Origin: Sminthopsis crassicaudata
Taxonomy: Eukaryota
Reading direction: 5' to 3'
DNA length: 64,000 nucleotides
NCBI RefSeq assembly: GCF_048593235.1
Contig: NC_133618.1
Span: forward strand, 28,554,478-28,618,477
Shown here: piece after piece, positions 1-11,040 of the stretch
Layout: every line of letters begins with the position of its first letter
Position numbering within the stretch: position 1 is the stretch's first letter
Notes under the pieces: generated by a model
Seen by the model: the letters and a program-made list of their open reading frames with translations, nothing else
Database searches by the model: none
Told to the model about the DNA's origin: nothing
Program-made: the position numbers and the translations under genes

Positions 1-1289
1 GAGATGGGTAAATAGGATAGTGGCCGACATCCCTTCCATTGTGCTTTTAATTCAATTTTTTATAGTTGTATTTTGTTTCCTAAAATGTCTTTCCCCTTTT
101 TCTAGAGAACCACCCCTAAAAAACCAAGAATAAAAGAGGGTTAAAACAAAAGCTAATTCTGTAAATCTGTCCCACAGTGTTCTGTACATAGTTCCCCGCC
201 TCTGCAAAGAAAGAAGGGAAGAGTGTGTTCTTGTACCTTTTCTTTAGGTTGGAGACAAGTTCTGATAGTCTGCGATCCCATAATGCTCTCACACACAGAA
301 CTTTGCTTCTACATCTAATGGCCTAATCGGTCCTGTATTTCTTGGTGTGGCCCGGAGTTATCTCCCTCTCCCTCTTTAATCTCTATTTGGGGAGGGGAGA
401 GGGAGATAAAGGCTTCAAGTCTGAGTAAATCACTTGCTCTCTGTATGACTCAGTTTCCTCATTTGTAAAAAGAGAAGATTAGGTTCTGTGGGCATGTCTG
501 GGCCCGTTCAGTTTTAAATCTGTAATCTTTGACTCCTATCTCTCTAACTGAGCTCTTTTAACATTTGTACCTCCCCCAGGGCCCAGGCAGAGAGCTCAGA
601 GTACAGCATATGTTTCCTGAATGGAACTAAACACTCCCATCAGACCCAGCGTTGCTCCAGTCTCTAAAGTCTGCTTTTTCTTCTCTTTGCCTCCTCCAGA
701 GGCTGCGTGGGGAGAGAAGGGGATACTGAGGCAGGAGCCAGCCTATTAGCAGAGCTTTCCCAGAACCCAGACTATTCATATCTGACACCTCAGCACTAGG
801 CAGGCTCCCTTTGTCTGCTTAATCCTGGGAAATGAGACTGGGCTCTCATTAGCACTTGATAAACCCCCTATTTTCTCCCTCCTCTCCCCAGGAGGAGGTC
901 AACGAGGAGAGAATAGGCTGTTGGGAGGAGGACTGGGGAAGGAAAAAAATCAGTGGAGAAGGAAGGGGGCGGGGAGGGGCAAGGCTGACCAGGCTGCTAT
1001 TTGCTGCAGGTGACATGACTGGTCCCCATTAGCTCATAAAGGCCCCAAGATGGGCACTGTGCACTAGGCCCTTGGGTGGTCCCTGCCCTCATGCAGTTTA
1101 TAATCTACCGAGACTTTCCTGGCGCCTCCTGCCCTGTGGTTCCTGCACCCCACGCCAATGACCATAAACTTAATATTGTTACTTAAAACAAGTCACCCTC
1201 CACCCTACCCACCCACCTCCTTAGAATGTAGTCAAGAATGATTTCCTTTTTGTCTTGCTAACTCAAGAGCTCCTGATCCAGATGAAGGG

Positions 1290-1550
1290 AATTGAATCTT
1301 CCCAGATTTGCTATTTGTTTGTTCTTTGACAAAAGGTAGGTTTATTTAGGAGAAGAGATTATAGACAAAATAAGATGTAAAATGGGCACCAGGGGGATTT
1401 GTAAATGTGAAATAGATTTGAGAGAGCAATGGGTTACCAAGAAAGGCACTTGCAAGAAACCATTAAAGGAACGTGTCACGAAGCTCAGATATTTATGCAG
1501 ATAAATGTGACAGAAGGCAGATTTTCATGGTATGTCTGTAGAAATATTAC
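1290..1550 (-). mobile_element. Possible solo-LTR fragment
   Basis: Minus strand has a TATA-like GCATAAATATC with AATAAACCTACC about 150 nt downstream; no family recognised. Confidence 0.25.
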
Positions 1551-2004
1551 CTTTCATTCGCCCTCCATATAACTTGTGTGTTTCCAGCTGTTTGCATGCT
1601 GTCTCCCCCTTCCCAGGGCGGGCTCCTGCACAACAAGGGCCATGTTTTTGCATTTCTTTTTGTCAGTGTTGTCAATGTTTGTCAGTGAGCACTTAACGAA
1701 TGTTTGTTGACTTGACTCAAGTCCTGGGTCCTCTGGGAAGTCTTTCTTGTACCGAACCTTGTGCACAACAGGTGTTTAGTGAATGCTTGTTTGAATGGAA
1801 ACCTCTGGCCCACCCCATTTCGTCCCTTTAATTATTAAGATTATAGGAGGCTAAAAGGGAATGTGGGACATCAGCTAATCCAAATCCCAACTTTTTAGAA
1901 GAAGAAAAAGCCCAAAGTCACACCGGCAAGGACCACCCACCTCATCATTAATCCAGTCACTTTTATTTCATTCGATTTTCAGGTTTCTATATGAACAGAG
2001 GGAC

Positions 2005-2200
2005 AGCCTGGCACCATGGATAGGCTGCCAGTCTTAGTCCCACCCAGCCTTAGACACTTTCTAACTGTGCGACTCTGGGCAAGTCATTTCATTTTGTTTG
2101 CCTCGGTTTCCCCAATGAGTCGGAGAAGGATGTCAAACCACTGCAGTATTTTTGCCAAGAAAACAATGCTGTGAAGATTTGGATACAATTGAACAGAAAA
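2005..2200 (+). mobile_element. MIR-core/Mar1-type SINE with RTE-like 3' tail
   Basis: CORE (tgtgcgactctgggcaagtcatt) followed by ggagaaggatgtcaaaccactgcagtatttttgccaagaaaac, the RTE/Mar1-type tail. Confidence 0.55.
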
Positions 2201-4588
2201 ACATGAGCAGAGGTCAGTCCCTTATGGCTGGGACATTTCCTCTGAGATGATTTCTGATTAATCTGTTTGCAGGTTGTGTCCCCCACTGGACTGTATGTTC
2301 CTCAAGGGCAGAGACTGTTTTTGCTTTGCCTTATTTCCCTAGACTCCGGAGCCTCCCATAGTTCTCTGCTTTGGATGCCTCCCTGTTTCTTGGATGTTTC
2401 TTGCCATTGTAAATGAACTCCACAACGGTGAGAACCTTCTCTGTTTTATGTCTCTGGACAGCAAGGTAGAACTCCAGGTTTTCAGGGAGTCCCTGGGGAA
2501 TGAAGGGATACTAAGCAGTCACTTCCTCAGAGCTGCCACCTTAAAGTGACAATTTAGAAAGAAAGCAAATTAAATCTCTAATCTGCCCTCATCTCCTTTG
2601 ATCCTTACAGCAGCTTGAAGAAAGGCTATTTAGCTCTCCTTAGCCCCGTGGATCAGATAAGGAAACTCTGAGCCACAGTTCTTTGCCTGCAACTATCGAG
2701 AGCATATATTGAGGACTTGTCATTGGGCTAACTCCCCATCCTCTTTTTATCTTATTTGTTCCTGATTTCTCCCAGCAAACTCTTTCACTAAAACAAAAGG
2801 ATTCACATCCCTCTGCCCCCTCCAGGAAGACCCCCCCAGACCGACCTGATTTGCCCCAGTCCCTCTGGCCTTTGTGGAAAGTTTTGACACAAGCTCATCC
2901 TGGGATTTGGGCCCTTGAGTCTTGCTATGTGTATCCGGTCTCCCCAAATACACTGCCCATGCCTCGGAGGCAGGGACTGCAGCCATTGTCTGCTGCTGTT
3001 TGTGTGTGCGAACCCCAGGGGGCCACGGATGGGCTTGGCACTTCAATGGTTTGGGATTCAATGAAGGAGATCCTAGGGAGCTGACTGGAAAAGCCAGGTC
3101 TGTGGGCAGAGAGAGGCAGCCAGGCAAGCAGACCCAGAGAGAAGTGTCCCTGAAAGGCTGAGATCTACCCGAGAGCCATGCGTTAGGGTCAGGGGTCTCG
3201 GGTTCCAGAGCCAGCACTACTTTCCAATGTTGACCTGTCAAGTTACTCGTGTTCATGTTTATTGATTGATATGGATGATTGATTATCACTTATTGATTGA
3301 TTGACTTAGCCTCAGTGTCCACCTCTATTAAAGAAAGGGATTAAAGAGTGAACTAGAAATGTCCAAAATCCCTTCCTTCCAGCACCAGGATTGTAAACTC
3401 TGTGGAGGAGAGGGTGGGAGTTGGAGGACTGGGGAAGCAGGGAAGAACCCCTCAGAATCAAGAAATGATATACTAAAGGGGAATGCAAAGGAAAGAAGAA
3501 TGAAACAGAATGTTTTGTGCTTGGGACAGCCACGCTGGATCCTCTAAGAAGAGATAAAAATAAGCACCACTCTCTTTGCGGATTCAAGAGGTTGTGAATG
3601 TGAAAGAGCAAATGTCAAAGTGGATGTGGATAATTTTGCTGAACTGCTCCCCTAAAACACAAGGTGTCTGTCTTCCTATCTTCTCTGTCTCTGTCTCTGT
3701 CTGTCTGTCTGTCTCTCTGTTTTTCTCTCTTTCAGATTCTAAGACTAAGAAATTCACAGAGGACCCAAAAGGGGCAGAAGTTCCCTGAGGAGGGAGCAGG
3801 ACAAAAAAAGAGGGCTTTGGATAATGCATAGTCTGGGCCTACAGCCTCTGGATAATGTTGAATCTTTACAAGAAGCTAATGCCAATGGAGGAAAGATGCT
3901 CTTCTCACCTCCTTTGCCAGCTTGAGTGAGGGGGGCAGTATGATGTGCCCCAGCTTAGGCCTGCGGTTCAGAGAGGCTAAGACTGGGCTTGGGGCTGGCT
4001 CCAGAGTTGACCAAACAAAAGGGCTGGAGAATGGCCAAAGGAGAGAAAGCTGGGGTTCTCCTTTCCATTTTTCCAAAGCTGGTGTTCGACTGGCTCCCCA
4101 ACACTGCAGCGGCTCTAAGAGAAAGATCCATTTAAAGCCAGCTTGGACACGTAAAACCTTTATCAAATTGCTTGTCCTTTTCGGGGGGGTGAAAGGTGGG
4201 GAGAGGGAGAAAAATGTGTAATTCAAAATCTTATTTAAAAAGATGGCTGTGGAAAATTGTTTTTACGTGTAATTGGAAAAATATTAATTATATTAAACAA
4301 ACAAACAAACAAACAAAAAAACAACCCCAAGTCTCCTTGGGGTAAAGGGAACAAGTCAATTGCTCCTCCATTTCCCCCCTGACAACCATCTGAAGGATGT
4401 GATGACTATAGGCCTGTGGGATAAGTTGGCTAATGTCCCAATTTAGGATAAAATTTTCAATGAGGATGGAGTCATTCACACCTTCCCCACCTAACTGGGA
4501 CTCCCCCTGAGGAGGGAGGGGATTGTGGGATCTGGGAGGTTGTCAGGAGCGGGGAGGGACAATGGGATGAGGCCAGAGAGTTGGGATA

Positions 4589-4776
4589 NNNNNNNNNNNN
4601 NNNNNNNNNNNNNNNNNNNNNNNNNNNNNNNNNNNNNNNNNNNNNNNNNNNNNNNNNNNNNNNNNNNNNNNNNNNNNNNNNNNNNNNNNNNNNNNNNNNN
4701 NNNNNNNNNNNNNNNNNNNNNNNNNNNNNNNNNNNNNNNNNNNNNNNNNNNNNNNNNNNNNNNNNNNNNNNNNNNT
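4589..4776. other. Assembly gap (188 N)
   Basis: Run of n. Confidence 1.
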
Positions 4777-4950
4777 GGTAGATAGGATAAATAGATAGTA
4801 GAGAAATGAATGGTAGATAAATAGAAAGATAAATGATAGGTTAGATAGAGATAGTAAATAGGATAAATACATAGACAGACAGATGATAGATTAGATAGAA
4901 AGAAATGGTAGATAGGATAGATAGACAGACAGATGAAAAGATAGGTAGCT
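4777..4950. repeat. (GATA/GGTA/GACA)n microsatellite
   Basis: Degenerate tetranucleotide array immediately right of the N gap. Confidence 0.9.
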
Positions 4951-6479
4951 ATCTTATTTTAAAAGATGACTGTGGAAATTGTCTTTACATGTAATTGGAA
5001 AAAATATGAATTATATTAAAAAACAAACAATAACAAAAAACCAACCCAAAGTCAGCTTGGGGCAAAGGGAACAAGTCACTTGCTCCTCCATTGTGTTTTA
5101 GGGGAGCAGACTCAGTTCCACCACTTCCTAGCAGTCACTGACCTCCATGAAGCCTCAGCCTCCTCATCTGTAAAATGACTGGATGTGGGTAGATCACCTG
5201 TGAAGTCCCCTCTATGGACCATATGAAAGGAAGGAGAAGGATGGAGAGGCAAAGGAAAGCCAGAAAGTCAGAAAAAAGGCACAGAGAAGGAGGGAAATTG
5301 AGGCTGACGGCAAAGACAGAGGCGTGAGTGCTGGGAGGGGAGGGGACCAGGGGGCCTATCCAGTCAGGGGCGTCCCACGATTCAGGCTTCCAGAACCCAG
5401 GAGCCCGGCCAGTCTTGCCAGATGTGAGCCGCTCTTCAGGCAGGATTCCTTGCTCGGCCCACTACGGGTGGTGGTGGCTGGAGGTGATTAGTCTCAGGTG
5501 TGAGGGGGAGGGATGGCAGCCTGGTCTGCAAAACACGGAGGTGTGAGATTTCCCAGGAAAGGAAAAAGAGCCCAGCAGGGTGGCCTGTGGAGGAGGTGTT
5601 ATGGAGGGAGAAACAAGGGGGGAGGGGATGGGGCTTCCCAGCTGCCCCTTAGGAAATGAGTCTTGACTGTGCTGGTGCAAAGGGCAGGGTAGAAGGGAGG
5701 GAGGGGACAGTTCTCAGAACTTTCATCTAGGGTCCCCTCCTCTTTCCCACATGACCCTCGGCCCCCCAAAACCTCCACCTCTTCTTCCTTCTCCATCCAA
5801 TTCTCTTCTCTTCTCCTTAGCTGCTTACCCAGACTCTTGAATATGAGTCCCTTGCCCTTCACCTTCTCCTCCCACCCTGACACCTGTTCTTGGGCTCATC
5901 CCCTGCAGGTGGAGAGACTCACATCTTCTTCTTTGAAATCATCCTAAAGGGTCAGGGTAGAATAAAGTCCTCAACTAGAAAAGCCAAAAGCCCCCCCCTC
6001 AAATGTTTCCTCCCCTTGTTGTCATCCTTAATTAGCAGGGACCTCAATTCAAATCCTATCTAACATACTGTGTGCTCCTGGACCTCTCTTCTCTGGGCCT
6101 GTTTCCTTATTTGTAAAATTCAGTAAGGATCCTTCCAGTTGCAAATCTATGATCCCTGCCTTCCCCCCTGCCTCTCTCCTAAACTCTGACTTGATCTCTC
6201 ATACTAGACATCAACTAGTCTCATTGACCAAAACCTCCTTACAGACCCTGTCCTATTAAAATGTTCATACAAGCATAGGTTTCTATTTCCCTTATACTGC
6301 AGATGTGGCTTGAAAAGGTAAAGTGATTGGCCAGAGGATCACAGATCTAATGAGGGGATGAGTGGCGAGTATGGAACCTAAATTCGAACATTTTTCCAAT
6401 GCCCTCACTACCCATTTTGCTAAGGGGGTCTCCCAAGAGCCATTTATGATTCCTCCCTTCTTTCCCTTCATCTCTGATA

Positions 6480-6960
6480 AATACATGAACCTGTATATTT
6501 AATCTTTGCCTTCATCCAAGTCACTGAGATCAAAAAGGTAAATTGCCCAGGACCAACAAAAAGATTTCTTGGAGATGTCCTTCCGAATTGACTGCCATTG
6601 ACTAACTATTATGACTGCTCTGGGTTTATCTTTCAACCAATACTGAATCTATCTGAAGATGCTCTCGTGTAGTCCATATTTCTCCTTCTTGCTCACAAGG
6701 TTAGTGTGATAGAGTATCATTCTAGAGAATTCCCTTAATCTGCTTGACTAGGAAATCTGTCAAAAGAGAAAATAAAGTTAACGCATCATGGCTTGGTCTA
6801 GATGAAGTCATACTGAGTATTTTTGACTAGTTTCCTTTTCTATATATCTGTCAACCATTCCTTTCATGATATGTCCTAGAATTTTCCTGGGAATTGAAAT
6901 CAAGTTCCTTGACTTACAGTGGAAAGCTTATGCTGTTTCCCTTTTTTTGTAAGTAGTCAT
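6480..6960 (-). mobile_element. L3/CR1 LINE RT-region remnant
   Basis: Degenerate match to minus-strand CR1/L3 as recalled (tctagaattttcctgggaattgaaatcaag; tttcaaccaatactgaatc). Confidence 0.5.
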
Positions 6961-7859
6961 ATTTTTCTATTTGTAATTATAGAATCGTAGATTTCAGTCC
7001 AGAAAGTTTTTAGAAATCTGCTAATCCAGATATATGATATAATTTATATTATATTATAATATATATTGTATTATAAATGAGGAAGCTTAGATGACAATTC
7101 CATTAGGCTCCTACTTAAATGGGAAGAAAAAATGTAAGTTGGCCAGTTTCCTAGCATACACATCTGTCTCTTTGACTGACTTTCCCTTCTGCCTTAGAAT
7201 CATTTGTGTTTCTGGCATCAAGTTCTATGATATTTTAGACCATGGGATCCTACTTACTTTTTCTTTGAAGTCTTTGAAATCTGTTTTCCCCAAATCTAGG
7301 ATACAACTTTTCCCCTTTACTTAACATGTGTTAAAATGTTTACACCTAAAGTTCCCATTATTTTTACTTCAACAACTGGATCCTCTGTTTTCATTGAGAT
7401 CTTTACCTTAAGAACTCAAGACTAAGGGGGTAACCAAGAATTAAAGAACAAAATGAGTAATTTCAATTCCATTAGACTGCTCTGTGGCTCAGAGGATCTG
7501 ACTGGATTTAATTTTAAAAACCTAAATTCAAATCCAGCTTCTGACACTTATTTGCTGTTATTCTGGACAAGTCACTTAATCTCAGTCTTCCTCAAATCCC
7601 TCATCTTTAAGATAGGAGTAATGGCCCTCAACTCCTGGGATTTTTGTGAGAATTCAATGAGATAATACTTGTAAAGTGCCTGCAAATCTTAAGTGCTACA
7701 TAAATGTCAGCTATTATCATTATTATTCCAGAGGACTTTTGCTAAATCATGATACTCACCTCTTGACAGAGAAGTAAATGGACTCAAGATGTCAAATGAG
7801 ATACATTTTTAGATGTGTCTAATGCAGGAAAATATTTTTCTTGACTATCCATAATTTTT

Positions 7860-8170
7860 TTGTTTTTACTTTTCAATATTATTTTAGTTTCCAAATACAT
7901 GTAAAGATAGTATTCAACATTTTTTTGGTAAGATTTTGTCCTCCAAATTTTTCTCCTTTCTCTCTTATCTTCTCCCCTATCTGATACAGTTTAAATATGT
8001 GCAATTATTTTAAACACATTTCCATATTTGTCATGTGCTGAAAAAAAAAAAAAAAAGAATCAGACTCAAAGCGGGGAAACCATGAGAAACAAACAAAAAG
8101 TGAAAAAATAGTATGCTTTGATCCATATTCGGTCTCCATAGTTCTCCCTCTGGATATCAGTGATACTTTT
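7860..8170 (-). mobile_element. L1 3' end (marsupial)
   Basis: ttttccaaatacatgtaaagatag...aaaatagtatgctttgatccatattc, a typical inverted marsupial L1 3'UTR. Confidence 0.65.
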
Positions 8171-8584
8171 GACTATGAATATTTGTTACGATGGTTTCCT
8201 TTTTTCTTTTTTTTCATTGTCAAGGATGAGATGAATTGAAGAAAAAAGGGGACTAGAACTAGGGAACTTAAAATCAAATTAAAGTTTTAAATTAAATTAA
8301 ATTAAAATTTGAAAAGAAAGATTATCCCAAAAAAAATTGAAAATAATGCTGAAGAAATAAAAAATCCAGAAAGAAGCCCAGGCAATTAGGACAGCTTTGA
8401 AAGCTGTTCCTTTTATTATACACTTTAAAGGAACAGTAAACTGTACATAATACAATAATACAAACATGCATCTTCATTTACAACTCCTTTTCTGTTTTAT
8501 TATGCATATGGATATGTTTACTTTATTTGGTATTAAGTTCAGAATTTCTAAAAAATAAAGTTCTCTTAAAAAGATAGACATTGG

Positions 8585-8731
8585 GTTTTTTGGGTTGTTG
8601 TTTAGGCAATTGGGATTAAGTGACTTGCCCAGGGTCATACAGCCAGGAAATGTTAAGTGTCTGAGATCACATTTGAACTCAGGTCCTCCTGACTTCACTG
8701 GTGCTCTATCTACTGAGCCATCTTTTGCCCC
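8585..8731 (-). mobile_element. Older WSINE1-type SINE
   Basis: ttaagtgacttgcccagggtcatacagcc...tttgaactcaggtcctcctgacttc; more diverged, with a caattgcc-type tail. Confidence 0.75.
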
Positions 8732-9899
8732 GAAGTTATTGTTTTAAAAGTAATTTATCTGAAGATACTTTAATGGTGGGTTTGTTTGGTTAATCTGAGA
8801 GTTCCTTTCCAGCCAAGTAAGGTCCTGGTTAGTTTCTGCTCTTCTGAAGGAGTTTGCTCTTGACAGTATCTGTATAATGTAAATAAAGTTCCTTGGCATA
8901 CTTGATTTCACTTAATCATCACCACGACAATATTGTGGTTCATTTATTTCACTTGTCCTGATCTTTGTGACCCATTTGGGACACGGGAGTGGTTCACAGC
9001 TAAAATGAAATGACTTGCTTGGTCACATAACTTCTTTTGAAACTGAGTCAGGATCAGACTGAGCCAATTAACAAGGCTTTATGGATTTGGGGGAAATGAG
9101 GATTTTAGCATCTATCATTTCTAAAATGAGCTCTACTCTAGTTTTTGAAAGTTCAATCTGGTTTGTTGAGAATCTGCTCTGCTGTCAGCACTGTAAACCA
9201 AGGGGGGGGGGAAGAGAGCATAAAATACAACCCCTGCCAGACTTGACTTTAAACTTTTCAACATTTTTTAAAATTAGTAATTGATTAAAAGCAAAGATGG
9301 CATGGGATTGCAGGTGGTTGAAACTAACCTAACATGGTGGATAACAGAAATGAGACATAAAATGCTACTCAGATCTCAGGGAGACTGCAATGTGGAAGAA
9401 TGGAGAAAAAGTTATACTATGACATTAACATTGCAAAAAGAAACAATTGTGGAAGGCATAAAAACTCTGAGCAACACAGAGATCGGCCGGGCGTGCAGGA
9501 GATGAAAAGGGCCAGCCACTGCTTTCGAGACGCGATGGGCTCGAGAAGAGGCTCACAGGGGAACTTGCTTTTCTTGACTAAGCATATTTGTAACAAATTT
9601 GGTTGTTGTTGGTTTTGTTGTTGTTTGGGGGAAGGGGGAGGGGAGAAACTAAATGTTATATAAGAATAACATTTAATTGGAAAAGTAAAATATTTATTGA
9701 GCGATTAGAAGGGTCAAATCCAATGTATCTTATTTTCCGGCTGCTCCCCTTTCTTCTCCTTGGAAACTTCCTGGAGTTCAGTTAACACGCATTTATTAAG
9801 CGCCTACTGTGTGCTAGACACCAGACTTAAAGCTAGAAATACTTTGTTTTTGGCGGGACGTGGGGGAGATCAGTAGAAAGAAAAGAGGTGAATTGTGGG

Positions 9900-11040
9900 G
9901 ACCCCTCCTCTCTGCAGTCACGTCGGATTTCGGCTTCGATTTCCCAGGACCCACCCCTTCTTCGGTCCGGGGTAGGTGGGGGGGGAGAGGCGGAAGTGGG
10001 AGTATTGGTTTACGGGGGGAGGGGAAGGAGCCGCTCGAGTTGAAGGGCTGAGAAGCCCGGGACATCCCAGGTTCCCAGGTGCCCGAGGCTCCCCGCCCCT
10101 CCTCAGCCTCCGGGGGCTCGGGAGGGGAGAGGGACCCAGGCTTTCCAAGTAACGAGGGGCCCGCCCATTTCGCATATGAATGATTCATTTTGCTGGGAGC
10201 CGGTAAGTGGAGGTGGGGGGTGGTCGCCTTATAAAGCTTCGGACCCCGCCCCCGACTCGCAGACTGGCTCCCGGCTGCCGGGGCTGCGCTCCGCGCTTGT
10301 CCGGGGAAGGAAGGAGCTGGAGCGCGGTCTCGGTAGCCTCCGCCGCGCCAGCACCTGCTCCCGCACCTCGCCCTCGAGGCCGCGGCGCGGAGGGAGCCCG
10401 GCGGACCGCGCAGCGCGGACGGCCCGGGCCCCGCCCGGACGGGTGAGAGTGCATCCCCTCTGCCTTCTCGCCCACCTCCGCGCGCCCCAGCCCTCGTCTC
10501 CTCTCAGCCCCCTTTCCTTCCACTTCCTTATCTGGGTTTCTCTCTGCGGCGCTAGCCCCCGACCTTCGCTCCCCGACGCCCCCGGCTCCCGCGGCTCCCC
10601 GGACCGGCTCCCGCGGAGTCCCCGACATGACCCAGAACGATGGAGGCCGCCGTCCCTCCGGCGCCCAGCGGCCCGCGGATCCCTCCACGTTAGCCTTCTC
10701 CATCGATGCCATCCTGTCCAAGGCCAGCCCGCAGCCGCGGGAGCCCCCTCGGGGCTCGGGGCTCTTGGGCTTGGCCCCCCGAGACCCCGCGTGCCCCCCG
10801 CTCGGCCCCGGCTGGCCGCGGCCCGGAGACTGCGCCGCGGGCTGGATGGCCCCCTTTGCCGGCGTCTACGTGTGCCGGCCTTCTCCTAAGTCCCTGCTGT
10901 CGGCGATCCGCGGCCCGCAGCCCGTCTGCGCTGCCCAAGGTAAGGGCCGGCCCTGCCTCCGCGGCCCCCGGCGGCCGCCTCCGGCTCCGTGCGCCGGCCG
11001 GCTCTAGTCCGGAGCGGGGATCGCGCACCGGCAAGAAATG
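9900..11040 (+). promoter_or_regulatory. NOTO CpG island / promoter with TATA box
   Basis: High GC and CpG density; TATAAAG at 10230-10236, about 390 nt upstream of the ATG; GC-rich leader. Confidence 0.7.

Noticed and set aside
2747-3289. 180-aa minus-strand ORF
   Set aside because: No recognisable domain, starts in an (ATTG)n repeat and has no splice or promoter context; likely a chance ORF.
9290-9560. Possible RTE-LINE ORF2 C-terminal remnant
   Set aside because: Only loose similarity to an RTE C-terminus; not enough support to list as a feature.
10441-10555. Possible small intron in the NOTO 5' leader (GG|GTGAGA ... CAG/TAG)
   Set aside because: Candidate introns would be 48-113 nt, and without transcript data I cannot distinguish them from chance motifs in GC-rich DNA.
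10176-10889. 237-aa ORF overlapping NOTO exon 1
   Set aside because: Its ATG lies upstream of the TATA box, its frame differs from the eh1-containing NOTO frame, and its Pro/Arg/Ala bias is typical of CpG-island artefacts.
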